The notes under the pieces were generated by a model. It was given only the letters and a program-made list of their open reading frames with translations, searched no databases and had not been told where the DNA came from. From NCBI GenBank assembly GCA_037133675.1, contig JBAXNR010000011.1, forward strand, positions 1,197 through 65,196: DNA of 64,000 nt, in the 5' to 3' direction. The translations under genes and the position numbers were made by a program. The stretch comes from Methylococcales bacterium (GTDB taxonomy: Bacteria > Pseudomonadota > Gammaproteobacteria > Methylococcales > Methylomonadaceae). Below, one piece after another: positions 29,838-38,317 of this stretch (the stretch's first letter is position 1; each line of letters begins with the position of its first letter).

Positions 29838-30189
29838 TTTTGTCGATAATACACTTGCTCATAAAATAGGTAACAACATAGCTACACAGCTATGGAGTAA
29901 AAAAACTAAAATTATCGTTGTCGTGTTTTTGCTCACTTTATCGCTGGTTTTAACTTGGTATGTTAAGGTTTATGAGGTCGTAACAACGACTATAGAATAT
30001 CGAAATGATATTGCTTATATCCCTAATAGTAACGAACCGTTCACGGGTAAATATGTACCGTTACCTTATGACAATGGACAGAAGAAAGCAGAAGAGAACT
30101 ACAAAGATGGAAACCCAGTTATAAATGAACAGAACGCTCCACTTCAGACTAATGCGTTGAAAGAACTATTTGGCAATGACAGACCCTAG
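29740..30189 (+). CDS. TM + MORN/YwqK-like repeat ORF, possibly the 3' part of a frameshifted zinc-ribbon membrane protein
   Basis: It overlaps the zinc-ribbon ORF by 98 nt in another frame. It contains a TM helix (KIIVVVFLLTLSLVLTWYV) and FTGKYVPLPYDNGQKKAEENYKDG. There is no good independent start. Confidence 0.35.
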   Translation: MPRNADIAAVCWMVVIPLTLKPPKDVTPPHTDNFVDNTLAHKIGNNIATQLWSKKTKIIVVVFLLTLSLVLTWYVKVYEVVTTTIEYRNDIAYIPNSNEPFTGKYVPLPYDNGQKKAEENYKDGNPVINEQNAPLQTNALKELFGNDRP

Positions 30190-30226
30190 CGGAAAAATAA
30201 AAACAGCAAAAAATAAAGTAAGCCGT

Positions 30227-30290
30227 GTAGGGTACGCTGTGCGTACCTTTTCATAATCAACGATTTAACGGTACGCACAGCGTACCCTAC
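30227..30290. repeat. REP element: perfect 21-bp inverted repeat GTAGGGTACGCTGTGCGTACC / GGTACGCACAGCGTACCCTAC with a 22-nt loop
   Basis: Arms at 30227..30247 and 30270..30290 are exact reverse complements. Confidence 0.9.
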
Positions 30291-30431
30291 CTGACTATTT
30301 ATGTTTTTAATGGTAAAAGCATCCAGCAAGTAGCACAGCACGATAAGATTAGTTTCTTCTCATTAGTCTTTTAAAGTAGGCAAACAGTTTGCCCACTTAC
30401 ACAACTGAAAATAATTACTAAGGAAAACAAA

Positions 30432-30752
30432 GTGACTGCTCTAAAAATCGAAAATAAAAAAATATCCTCCTACACAATGTACCTTAAAGAATCTTCAAGA
30501 CCGCCCAGTAAGGGTGGAAATAAAAACGCACTTCATGCACACGTTCTCGAAATTGAAGGCGAGGAATATAGTTTTTTAGCACTAGGTTCTCAGCAATGGG
30601 TCTTCAAAACTGATACCGTGACTTTTGAATATGAATTGAAGGATGGTTATAAGAACATCTTAAAAAATACTATTGAGACGATAGACCGACACAATAAACT
30701 AATCGAACGCGGCAATCGTGGATTCAAGGAAAAACTTCGGACAGCCGTGTAG
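30432..30752 (+). CDS. Hypothetical protein (106 aa, GTG start)
   Basis: Open frame with no recognisable motif. Its stop codon TAG lies inside a REP half-copy (gtgTAGggtacgc). Confidence 0.35.
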   Translation: MTALKIENKKISSYTMYLKESSRPPSKGGNKNALHAHVLEIEGEEYSFLALGSQQWVFKTDTVTFEYELKDGYKNILKNTIETIDRHNKLIERGNRGFKEKLRTAV

Positions 30753-30874
30753 GGTACGCTGTGCGTACCTTTTTAATCGTTCCAACGCTCTGCGTTGGAA
30801 TGCAGCAGTTGACGCTCCAGCGTCTTCATTGCAAAAGAGCTATAGGATGTGCTGACGAAAGAAGCGCATCGTTC
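30749..30874. repeat. Cluster of three different REP-type hairpins
   Basis: A half copy of GTAGGGTACGCTGTGCGTACC lies at 30749..30769. TTCCAACGC tct GCGTTGGAA lies at 30780..30800, followed by GACGCT cc AGCGTC. ATAGGATGTGCTGACGAAAGAAGCGCATCGTTC lies at 30842..30874. Confidence 0.8.
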
Positions 30875-30915
30875 CTCCGCATATTGCTGTAGGACAAATC
30901 TCATGGAGGAATGCT

Positions 30916-31173
30916 ATGGTAAACCGCCATGCTGACCGCACCCGCCGCCGTGTTCAGCCACGCCCCTTACATTGGGATTATCCAAACGATAAATTCGGCG
31001 AGTCCTTGAAAGCGGTTTATAGCAAACTCATCAAATTACGTCATGAATATGACGTATTGCGCGGTGATGGTTTTTATCCCGATTATTGGGAGGAATGGCA
31101 AACCCGTTTCAATTCAGTCTATGTCAAATTACCGATTTTGACTGGTTATTTGTTGTGCAACAGCCGCGCTTAA
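30916..31173 (+). pseudogene. C-terminal fragment of a GH13 alpha-amylase-family protein (remnant)
   Basis: ...PLHWDYPNDKFGESLKAVYSKLIKLRHEYDVLRGDGFYPDYWEEWQTRFNS resembles the C-terminal region of cyanobacterial-type alpha-amylase-domain proteins (from memory). No catalytic domain lies upstream. Its tail runs into the convergent AIM24 gene. Confidence 0.4.
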
Positions 31174-31866
31174 ACTGTTCAATTCATTGCGACCCAATGC
31201 GGGTAATTGTGATAACAAATGCCCTAGTGTCGGGCTTCCTAACGACAGTTCAGAGGACTGAATCAATACCGTTCCCTCACCACTAAAATCAATTTGTTTT
31301 TCTTCGCCTGATAAAGTGATGCCCGTCATGACACCTACCAATGAAAGTAAGTCATTGACGTGCGCATAATCATAGCGATAGGACGGACTTGGACAATCTG
31401 CCCAGCCCAGTATTGCTTGTTCATCAACACGACAGGGTAAATCAAGAAAATGCACAGGACCATTACTAGAGGCAAGTATTTTGCCAGTCCCCATTAAGGT
31501 TAAAAAACCAATCATGGTGGATTCTTGGCAAACAATATCTTTGGTGAAGCCCAGCAAATGCTTGGCTTTAATGGTCATATTAGCATTGTCTAAATCATAA
31601 CTGGCAATGTCGTTGCCGTTATCACCCAGAATTAACTGCCCATGTCCTTTGGCAATAATAAAGTGCTGAATGTAAGCGGGGGCATTGAAGGATTGCTTAA
31701 TCAAAATATCGACAACACTAGAGCCAAGGGATTCAAATTGCAATTGTCCGTAAAAGGCGACCATTTTTCCTTTACGGATGAAAATTTCTTCTTCTACATC
31801 CACGACAAAGGCGAAGCGGCTCAGATTGTCGTTTTTAGGTAAAGTATTAGGATTATAGCTAGTCAT
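31129..31866 (-). CDS. AIM24 (DUF124) family protein, paralogue C (longer, 245 aa)
   Basis: It shares the family layout with the two upstream paralogues (GKMVAFYG...QLILGDNG...GEGTVLIQS). A 2-nt gap separates it from paralogue B. Confidence 0.75.
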   Translation of the reverse strand: MTSYNPNTLPKNDNLSRFAFVVDVEEEIFIRKGKMVAFYGQLQFESLGSSVVDILIKQSFNAPAYIQHFIIAKGHGQLILGDNGNDIASYDLDNANMTIKAKHLLGFTKDIVCQESTMIGFLTLMGTGKILASSNGPVHFLDLPCRVDEQAILGWADCPSPSYRYDYAHVNDLLSLVGVMTGITLSGEEKQIDFSGEGTVLIQSSELSLGSPTLGHLLSQLPALGRNELNSLSAAVAQQITSQNR

Positions 31867-31868
31867 GA

Positions 31869-32510
31869 TTAACGCTCGCTCGCTTGAATGTACACAGTCC
31901 CCTGCCCTGTGAACTTAACTTGATAGGATTCACCCGAAGCTTGCCCGATGAGATTTTTCCAATTAAGATCAGTGACAATGCTAGAACTTAAATCGCCTTT
32001 ATGGGCAATATAGGCATCTGGATCAACAAACACGGGTTGTTGCGGGGTAACAGGCAGACCAATGGCATTACCATCCGATAAAATGGCAATCTCGCCTGTG
32101 CCTTGTAGTGTGGTAGTAAATAAACCCTGACCACTGACTGCACCGCGCAAAATCCCTTGCACTCCGCCTTGATTACCCAAAAACATTGTGCCAGTGCGCA
32201 AGCGTGCATCAAACGCCAATAAGGTGTCACTTTCAACAAACACAGTTTCATTCACCACCTGAATAATACTGACAAAAAAACCGTTGTAACCGTAATACAC
32301 TTTTCCTGTGCCTTCTGCCACCATCAACGCATAACCTTCATGGGTAATAGCTCGCATGGCAAAATCTTGTACACCACCACCTGCAAGAAACGTACGCCTA
32401 AAGACAACATTGCCCTGATAAGAAATCATCGCGCCTTTTTTGGCGAATACTGCTTCGCCATTTAGGGTAACTTCCATCAATTTTTCATTAATTTGCTGAT
32501 AAGTCGGCAT
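31869..32510 (-). CDS. AIM24 (DUF124) family protein, paralogue B
   Basis: 213 aa with GAMISYQGNV..., SGQGLFTTTLQGTGEIAI, VFVDPDAYIAH and SGESYQVKFTGQGTVYIQ. Confidence 0.85.
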   Translation of the reverse strand: MPTYQQINEKLMEVTLNGEAVFAKKGAMISYQGNVVFRRTFLAGGGVQDFAMRAITHEGYALMVAEGTGKVYYGYNGFFVSIIQVVNETVFVESDTLLAFDARLRTGTMFLGNQGGVQGILRGAVSGQGLFTTTLQGTGEIAILSDGNAIGLPVTPQQPVFVDPDAYIAHKGDLSSSIVTDLNWKNLIGQASGESYQVKFTGQGTVYIQASER

Positions 32511-32520
32511 TGCAAACTCC

Positions 32521-33138
32521 TTAGCGTTCGGCAGGTTGAATGTAAACTACACCCTGCCCTGTGAACTTGAATTGATAGGATTCTCCCGATGCCTCACCAA
32601 TCATATTGCGCCAGTTGACATCAAAGACAAATTCTTGACTGATATTACCCTTGTAACCAATGAACGCATCAGGATCAACAAACAACGGATATTTTGGCTC
32701 AACTTCGAGGGTAATCAAATTACCGTGCGAAAAAACAGCGAGATTGCCACGCCCTTCTATGGTAGTAGTAAATAGCCCCTGTCCCGATGTTGCACCACGT
32801 AAACCAGCAAAGCTAGTATTAGTTTTAAGGCTGTCATCGTAAGCCAGCAAACGGCTACTTTCGATAAATAATTTCTCATTAACCAACGGTATAACGGTAA
32901 TTTCTGCGGCATTGTGGGCAAAAAACACCGTACCATTCCCCGTTGTTTGCATTAATGACATGCCTTCGTTAGTCACTTTACGCTTTAGCGCACCGAATAA
33001 ACCTTCACCGCCTAACAGAGATTTTTCAAATTTCATTGTCCCCATGTAGCCAACCATCGCACCTGAAATAGCCATGACTTTTTCGTTATGCAAATCGACT
33101 TCTAATAAGCGATCTGTATTTATTCTGAAATTACTCAT
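32521..33138 (-). CDS. AIM24 (DUF124) family protein, paralogue A
   Basis: 205 aa with SGQGLFTTTIEGRGNLAV, LFVDPDAFIGY and SGESYQFKFTGQGVVYIQ. By eye it is roughly 45-50% identical to paralogue B. It shares the 17-mer CCCTGCCCTGTGAACTT with paralogue B at the 3' end of both genes. Confidence 0.85.
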   Translation of the reverse strand: MSNFRINTDRLLEVDLHNEKVMAISGAMVGYMGTMKFEKSLLGGEGLFGALKRKVTNEGMSLMQTTGNGTVFFAHNAAEITVIPLVNEKLFIESSRLLAYDDSLKTNTSFAGLRGATSGQGLFTTTIEGRGNLAVFSHGNLITLEVEPKYPLFVDPDAFIGYKGNISQEFVFDVNWRNMIGEASGESYQFKFTGQGVVYIQPAER

Positions 33139-33169
33139 TAAAATATTCCTTTGACCAATAGTTAGATGG

Positions 33170-34015
33170 TTAAGCGCGTGTAGGTAAACGTGAAATTAAC
33201 ACCCGCAGTAGTGATATGCCAAAGGCAGGGAGTGCTTGTGTCAGTTCAAGAAGTGTTTGCCGATTAATAGCAAGTAACGAACAGCGTGTTTCGGCTACCA
33301 CGCGTGCCGTCCGCGAATGTTGAGCTACCAGTGCAATTTCACCCACTATATCGCCCGCGCCACTTCGTCCGACAACGTTATCGCCAACACTTATTGTCAT
33401 AGTGCCATCAAGAATTACATACATCAATGATGCAGCCGCACCTTTTTGAAAAATTACGCGATTTTCAGGCACAACTGTAAGCGCACTTCCTCCAAGTATT
33501 TGCCTCAAATCATTGAGCATTTTGGTGCTCAATACAGCATCTTTTTTAGTGTCTCTATGTTTAGTAGGCAAGGAAGCCCCTTTTTTTTCAATATTTTTCT
33601 CAGCACCTGTTTTCTGTAAATATTTGACTAAGACATCCATAAGCATAAACAAAAACTCTGGCTTTTTCTTAAGACTAGCCACAAGTTGCTTTTCACTAAG
33701 TGATAGTAACTTACAGGAAGTATTAGCGATAGCAGTGGCATTATTCCTTGTGTAAGGAGTGAATTCGCCAAATATTTCGCCTGACTCAATATTGATAATA
33801 TCTCCATAGTCTGTTTGAATAGCTACGCTGCCATCCACTAATAAATACATTTTATCGACTTGCAGGAAGGATAAAAAACCAGCCTGTCCCTGCACAAAAA
33901 ATTTTTCCCCTTTGTTAACTGACTCTAATTTGCCAATAAGTTTAAAAAACTCAAGTGCCGCATTAGGGTCGTAAGTCGTGTTACATTCAGATTTTTCTTG
34001 ATTCGACATATTCAT
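33170..34015 (-). CDS. Protein made of two cyclic-nucleotide-binding (CAP_ED) domains, with no output domain
   Basis: Two repeats of the cNMP-binding pattern (GEIFGEF...ATAIA and GDIVGEIALV...RTARVVA). The start is most likely ATG 34015 (MNMSNQEK) rather than the track start at 34066. Confidence 0.8.
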   Translation of the reverse strand: MNMSNQEKSECNTTYDPNAALEFFKLIGKLESVNKGEKFFVQGQAGFLSFLQVDKMYLLVDGSVAIQTDYGDIINIESGEIFGEFTPYTRNNATAIANTSCKLLSLSEKQLVASLKKKPEFLFMLMDVLVKYLQKTGAEKNIEKKGASLPTKHRDTKKDAVLSTKMLNDLRQILGGSALTVVPENRVIFQKGAAASLMYVILDGTMTISVGDNVVGRSGAGDIVGEIALVAQHSRTARVVAETRCSLLAINRQTLLELTQALPAFGISLLRVLISRLPTRA

Positions 34016-34130
34016 TATGACCTTTATATCTTGATGTAGTCGCCACGCCGTGCGGCACAGTTCCACTAGGGGATTGTTTTAGTTTAATGATTTCATTTTA
34101 ATTTACTAATCTTTTTTACAAATGCCGTTA

Positions 34131-35933
34131 TTAGTTACGACCATATTGATACTTAAATTTACGTCTTAACAAGCCAGCAGGATCATCGGGAATACGGTTT
34201 AGCCATTGCTCATTGGCTTGTTGTTTTTCATTTTTCGCTGACGAGTCGGTGGGTTTGGCTTGTTGTGCGGCTTGTTTTTTGGTGTCGTCTTTTTTCTGTT
34301 CCGCAGGCTGCTCGGTTTTTGATTGCTCTTTCGGCTTAGAGTCTTCTTGTTGCTTTAGTTGTTCTTGCCCCTTTTCTTGCTTTTGGTTTTTTTGTTGTTC
34401 ATTCGATTGCTGTTCTTGCTGCTCAGATTGTTGGTCTTTTTGTGAGTTTTGCTGTTGCTGCGATTGTGAGTCTTTATTTTCAGATGATTGTTGTTTGTCC
34501 GATTGTTGTTGTTCTTTATTTTGATCGGATTCTTGCTGTTTGTCTTGCTCTTGTTTGGGCGGTTGTTTTTCCAGCTCTTTTTCGACTAGCTCTTTGTTAT
34601 ATTTAGCATCGTCATGGTTTGGATTCAGCTTCAAGGCTTGTTGATAAGCGGCGATAGCTTCTTCTAATTTCCCAGCTTGCGCGAGTGCGTTACCTTGATT
34701 GTAAATATTATCAGCGTTTTGCTCTGTTTGCGTTTGGTAGGTTTTTAAGGCTTTTTCATAGTCGCCCGCCTTATAATGCGCGGCGGCTTGCCAGTTTGGA
34801 TTTTCAAATTTCTCTGCGGCTTTGGCATAATCGCCTTGTTGATAGGCTTTCAATGCTTGTTGATCTGGGCGTTGCCATAAATCTTGCCATTCAAACGCAT
34901 AGCTGTTTTTGGGTAGCGGTAATAACACCAACAAAGCTACGCATAACAAACCTTTTCTAAAAAATAACGCACCCAACGGTAACACCAATAACAATAACCA
35001 CGCGCCCTGGTCGTTCCACTGTTCCAACATCATGTCGTTATCGGCTTTGCCTTGTTGTATGGGCTTATCAAAAGCGTTTAATAGTGCCTTTACGTCTTCA
35101 TCATCAGAAGTCAGAGTTTGATAAAGCCCTTGTCCTGCTTGGGCTAAGCTGCTTAAGTTAGTCACATTTAATTTGGTCACCACAATAGAGCCTTGATCGT
35201 CTTTTAAAAATCCACCTTCGGGTAGTGCGATAGGTGCGCCGTCTTCTGTACCTACCCCTAAAACGGATAATTGAAAGTTAGCCAGTTTTTTTACCGTGGG
35301 CAAGGTGGCATTCATTTCAACGGTATCGGTAATTAATAAAATCTGCCCAGTTTGTAAGCCCGCTTGTTTAAACAAGGCAACGGCTTTTTCTAATGCAACG
35401 GCAGTATTATTACCCTGACTGGGCATAATATCGGTGGTCAACGCCGCTAATTGGCTATCGATGGTATTGGTATCATCGGTGAGCGGAGTCACAGTAAAGG
35501 CATCACCTGAGTAAACGATTAGAGCAGTTTGTCCGTCTTTACGTTGTTTTAAAATATCGGCAATTTTGTAGCGGGCAATGGTTAAACGACTGGGTTTAAT
35601 ATCAGCGGCATCCATTGAAGTGGATAAATTTAACGCAATCACTAAGGCGGCATCATTTCTAAACGCAGGAGAGGGTAAACGCTGCCAAGTGGGTCCTGCT
35701 AAAGCAATAATCATCAATAAGGTACTGATAACACCTAGCGTCAACCATAGCCGACTTTGATTAACGGTTTTATCTTGCAATAAAAAAGGCAGTAGTTCGG
35801 CATCACAACACGCAGTCCAATTTCCACGACTGAGTTTATTGCGTAACATTAATACCGAGATAACGACGGCGGGTAATATCGCCAGCAACCAGTACGGTCT
35901 AATAAAATGAAAGTCCGCTAGATTCATGACCAC
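34131..35933 (-). CDS. VWA + TPR membrane protein (BatB/BatC-like fusion) with a Q/E/K-rich tail
   Basis: It has N-terminal TMs and a VWA domain with an altered MIDAS (ALNLSTSM). TPR repeats follow (AAHYKAGDYEKALKTY..., GNALAQAGKLEEAIAAYQQALKLNP), then about 125 aa of Q/E/K/S low complexity and a conserved end WLNRIPDDPAGLLRRKF. Confidence 0.8.
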   Translation of the reverse strand: MVMNLADFHFIRPYWLLAILPAVVISVLMLRNKLSRGNWTACCDAELLPFLLQDKTVNQSRLWLTLGVISTLLMIIALAGPTWQRLPSPAFRNDAALVIALNLSTSMDAADIKPSRLTIARYKIADILKQRKDGQTALIVYSGDAFTVTPLTDDTNTIDSQLAALTTDIMPSQGNNTAVALEKAVALFKQAGLQTGQILLITDTVEMNATLPTVKKLANFQLSVLGVGTEDGAPIALPEGGFLKDDQGSIVVTKLNVTNLSSLAQAGQGLYQTLTSDDEDVKALLNAFDKPIQQGKADNDMMLEQWNDQGAWLLLLVLPLGALFFRKGLLCVALLVLLPLPKNSYAFEWQDLWQRPDQQALKAYQQGDYAKAAEKFENPNWQAAAHYKAGDYEKALKTYQTQTEQNADNIYNQGNALAQAGKLEEAIAAYQQALKLNPNHDDAKYNKELVEKELEKQPPKQEQDKQQESDQNKEQQQSDKQQSSENKDSQSQQQQNSQKDQQSEQQEQQSNEQQKNQKQEKGQEQLKQQEDSKPKEQSKTEQPAEQKKDDTKKQAAQQAKPTDSSAKNEKQQANEQWLNRIPDDPAGLLRRKFKYQYGRN

Positions 35934-36904
35934 CTCAGTTTTGAACCACTCAAAAATGCCACTAACCCTAATGCAAACGCTAGAGGGTACATATACAATT
36001 CGGTGCGTGGTCGAAAATATTGTTTATCTTTTTCTACAGGCTCCAACTCATCTAAGCGCATATAAATGTTATTGAGTTCATTGGTATTTTTGGCGCGATA
36101 ATAATAACCGCCTGTACTTTCGGCAATTTTAATAAGGGTTTTTTCATCTAAATCCAGCGACGGATTGACTTTACGATTACCAAATAAACTGGGTACTAAC
36201 ATTTCATCCGCACCAATACCGATGGTATAAATCTTTAGTTTATTCGCTGCGGCTAATTCAGCGGCTTTTAAGGGCGTGACTTCACCCGCAGTATTCGCAC
36301 CATCGGTCAATAAAATTAACACATGGCTATTATCGGGTTGATTTTTAAGCCGCTTAACAGCCAAACCGATAGCATCACCTATCGCGGTATTATCACCTGC
36401 CAAACCAATCACCGCTTCATCCAATAAGGTCTGCACAGTTTTACGGTCAAAGGTTAACGGGGTTTGTAAATAAGCTTGTGTGCCAAATAGAATCAAACCG
36501 ATACGATCACTAACACGGCGATTAATAAAATCGCTGGCAATCGCTTTAATGGCGGTAAGTCGATCCACTGGGCGTTTATTGAGCATAAAATCCTGTGCTT
36601 CCATACTGCGTGATAAATCCACCGCCATCATTAAATCGCGTCCGCTAATCGCCTGTTCAATAGGTTCACCTAACCATTGCGGTCTAGCGCAAGCAAGCAC
36701 TAACAATATCCACGCAACAGCCGCTAACCACAATCCCCATGAATTAACTTTTAATGTTACTTGGGTTTGTAACTCCGCAATGTCGTTTAAAAACGGCACT
36801 TTCAACGCCGCCTGTTCGACAGGATTACACACTGGCAACAACCAGCGTACTAATAACGGTAACGGTAAGGCAAGCAATGCCCAGAGCCATGCAAAATGAA
36901 TCAT
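35924..36904 (-). CDS. VWA domain membrane protein (BatA-like)
   Basis: Two N-terminal TMs, an intact MIDAS (MAVDLSRSM), LLTDGANTAG and a C-terminal TM. It overlaps both neighbours. Confidence 0.85.
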   Translation of the reverse strand: MIHFAWLWALLALPLPLLVRWLLPVCNPVEQAALKVPFLNDIAELQTQVTLKVNSWGLWLAAVAWILLVLACARPQWLGEPIEQAISGRDLMMAVDLSRSMEAQDFMLNKRPVDRLTAIKAIASDFINRRVSDRIGLILFGTQAYLQTPLTFDRKTVQTLLDEAVIGLAGDNTAIGDAIGLAVKRLKNQPDNSHVLILLTDGANTAGEVTPLKAAELAAANKLKIYTIGIGADEMLVPSLFGNRKVNPSLDLDEKTLIKIAESTGGYYYRAKNTNELNNIYMRLDELEPVEKDKQYFRPRTELYMYPLAFALGLVAFLSGSKLRWS

Positions 36905-37383
36905 GATTTTTTTTGTGCTTTCAGCCAGTCTTCACACAGACTGATGAGTTGAAAAATTTCTTGTTCAGAGGGCGGCGATTTTCGATAAGGCGCGTCTGCT
37001 AAACATCGCCCTGCCCCTTTGGTAAACGGTGCATCGTTTAATGAACTATCAAGAAAGGCTAACCACGCTTGCCCCGTTAAACTTGCCGTTTGTGCGCGTG
37101 GTGCAACACTAATCGCTACCCGCCGTAGCAATGCCGACAGTTCAGCGGTTTTTTCGCTATTGTTCGCTGTGCTGTTTTTAATGGTATTCAACAGTTTTTT
37201 TGCCGCTTTAAGCGAAGTATTGCGAGTGAAATATTTGTAACACTTGTATAAAAATACGATAAACAAAGGAATCAATAATACCAGCAACCACCAACCAATA
37301 GCAGGAGGAAACCAGCCAATTGCGTCTGGGCTAATTGGTACGGGTAAACGTAATTCTTTAAGCGGGAGTTGAGTTGGCTGCAT
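36901..37383 (-). CDS. DUF4381-like single-TM protein
   Basis: 160 aa. The PPAIGWWLLVLLIPLFIVFLY TM and its position between DUF58 and BatA are typical of Bat/MoxR operons. Confidence 0.65.
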   Translation of the reverse strand: MQPTQLPLKELRLPVPISPDAIGWFPPAIGWWLLVLLIPLFIVFLYKCYKYFTRNTSLKAAKKLLNTIKNSTANNSEKTAELSALLRRVAISVAPRAQTASLTGQAWLAFLDSSLNDAPFTKGAGRCLADAPYRKSPPSEQEIFQLISLCEDWLKAQKKS

Positions 37384-37396
37384 AGTTATTGTTGGG

Positions 37397-38317
37397 TCAT
37401 CGTAAGCACTGAATAGGATCGTCTGCGGTACTGCATTGCATAAAGGTTAAGCCGCGCTTTTTTGCAAATTGCTGTAATCGTTCTAGTCGTTGTTCAAAAT
37501 GTTGGTGATAGGTTAATAAACGTTGCTGATCGCTGGCATCAATCAGCACATCACGCTCACCATCGGTAAATCGATAGCGACCTTGGCTGGGTAAATTATT
37601 TTCCAGTGGGTCATAGATAAAAATTAATACCACTTCACAATGTTGTGACAATTTAGCCAGATGCACTTCTGACGCATCATTTATGCCGCGAAAATCACTA
37701 ATGATAGTGACTAAACTACCAGGATGAGCGTGTTGTGTCAGTCGGGCGAGTACATGATCTAAGGCAATGACGGGGGCATTTTCGGCTGGTCTTTCAGAGT
37801 CATTACCACTGACTAACGCACTTAAAAAACGCAATACTGCGTGTCTACCATTTTGGGGTTTTAATTCACGGCAATTTGAATCAGAAAAAAATTGTCCACC
37901 AATACGATCGCCTTGGTGTTGCGCTGCCCACGCTAATAATCCTGCTAGTTTAGCCGCTAATACCGATTTAAAAACCCCGCGAGTGGCAAAGTGCATTGTG
38001 AGTCGGTTATCGACAGAAATAAACACAGGGCGTTCGCGTTCTTCTCGAAACACTTTGGTTTGAACTTTACCCGTCCGTGCGGTAACGTGCCAATCGATAT
38101 TGCGTATATCATCCCCTGCTTGATACGCACGCACTTCTTGAAATTCCATACCGCGACTTTTAAAGTGCGATAAATAACCGCCGCTGGTTTGCGCACGAAT
38201 AGAGCGGCGTTTTAGATTTAAGCTTGCCGCAGGTTTTGCGAGATTAATCAGAGTTTTTAGCGAGATAAAAACCCGTTCACTGGCATCAATATTTGTTTTT
38301 TTTAACATGGTACTCAA
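37397..38317 (-). CDS. DUF58 family protein (VWA-like, MoxR-associated)
   Basis: GMEFQEVRAYQAGDDIRNIDWHVTARTGKVQTKVFREERE is the classic DUF58 signature. Confidence 0.85.
   Translation of the reverse strand: MSTMLKKTNIDASERVFISLKTLINLAKPAASLNLKRRSIRAQTSGGYLSHFKSRGMEFQEVRAYQAGDDIRNIDWHVTARTGKVQTKVFREERERPVFISVDNRLTMHFATRGVFKSVLAAKLAGLLAWAAQHQGDRIGGQFFSDSNCRELKPQNGRHAVLRFLSALVSGNDSERPAENAPVIALDHVLARLTQHAHPGSLVTIISDFRGINDASEVHLAKLSQHCEVVLIFIYDPLENNLPSQGRYRFTDGERDVLIDASDQQRLLTYHQHFEQRLERLQQFAKKRGLTFMQCSTADDPIQCLR

Noticed and set aside
30227-30874. CRISPR array
   Set aside because: The repeats are palindromic REP hairpins of different families with irregular spacing. There is no regular repeat-spacer periodicity and no cas genes anywhere in the window.
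34213-34524. Cys/Phe/Ser-rich 103-aa plus-strand ORF
   Set aside because: It is the antisense reading of the Q/E/K-rich low-complexity tail of the BatB/C-like gene.
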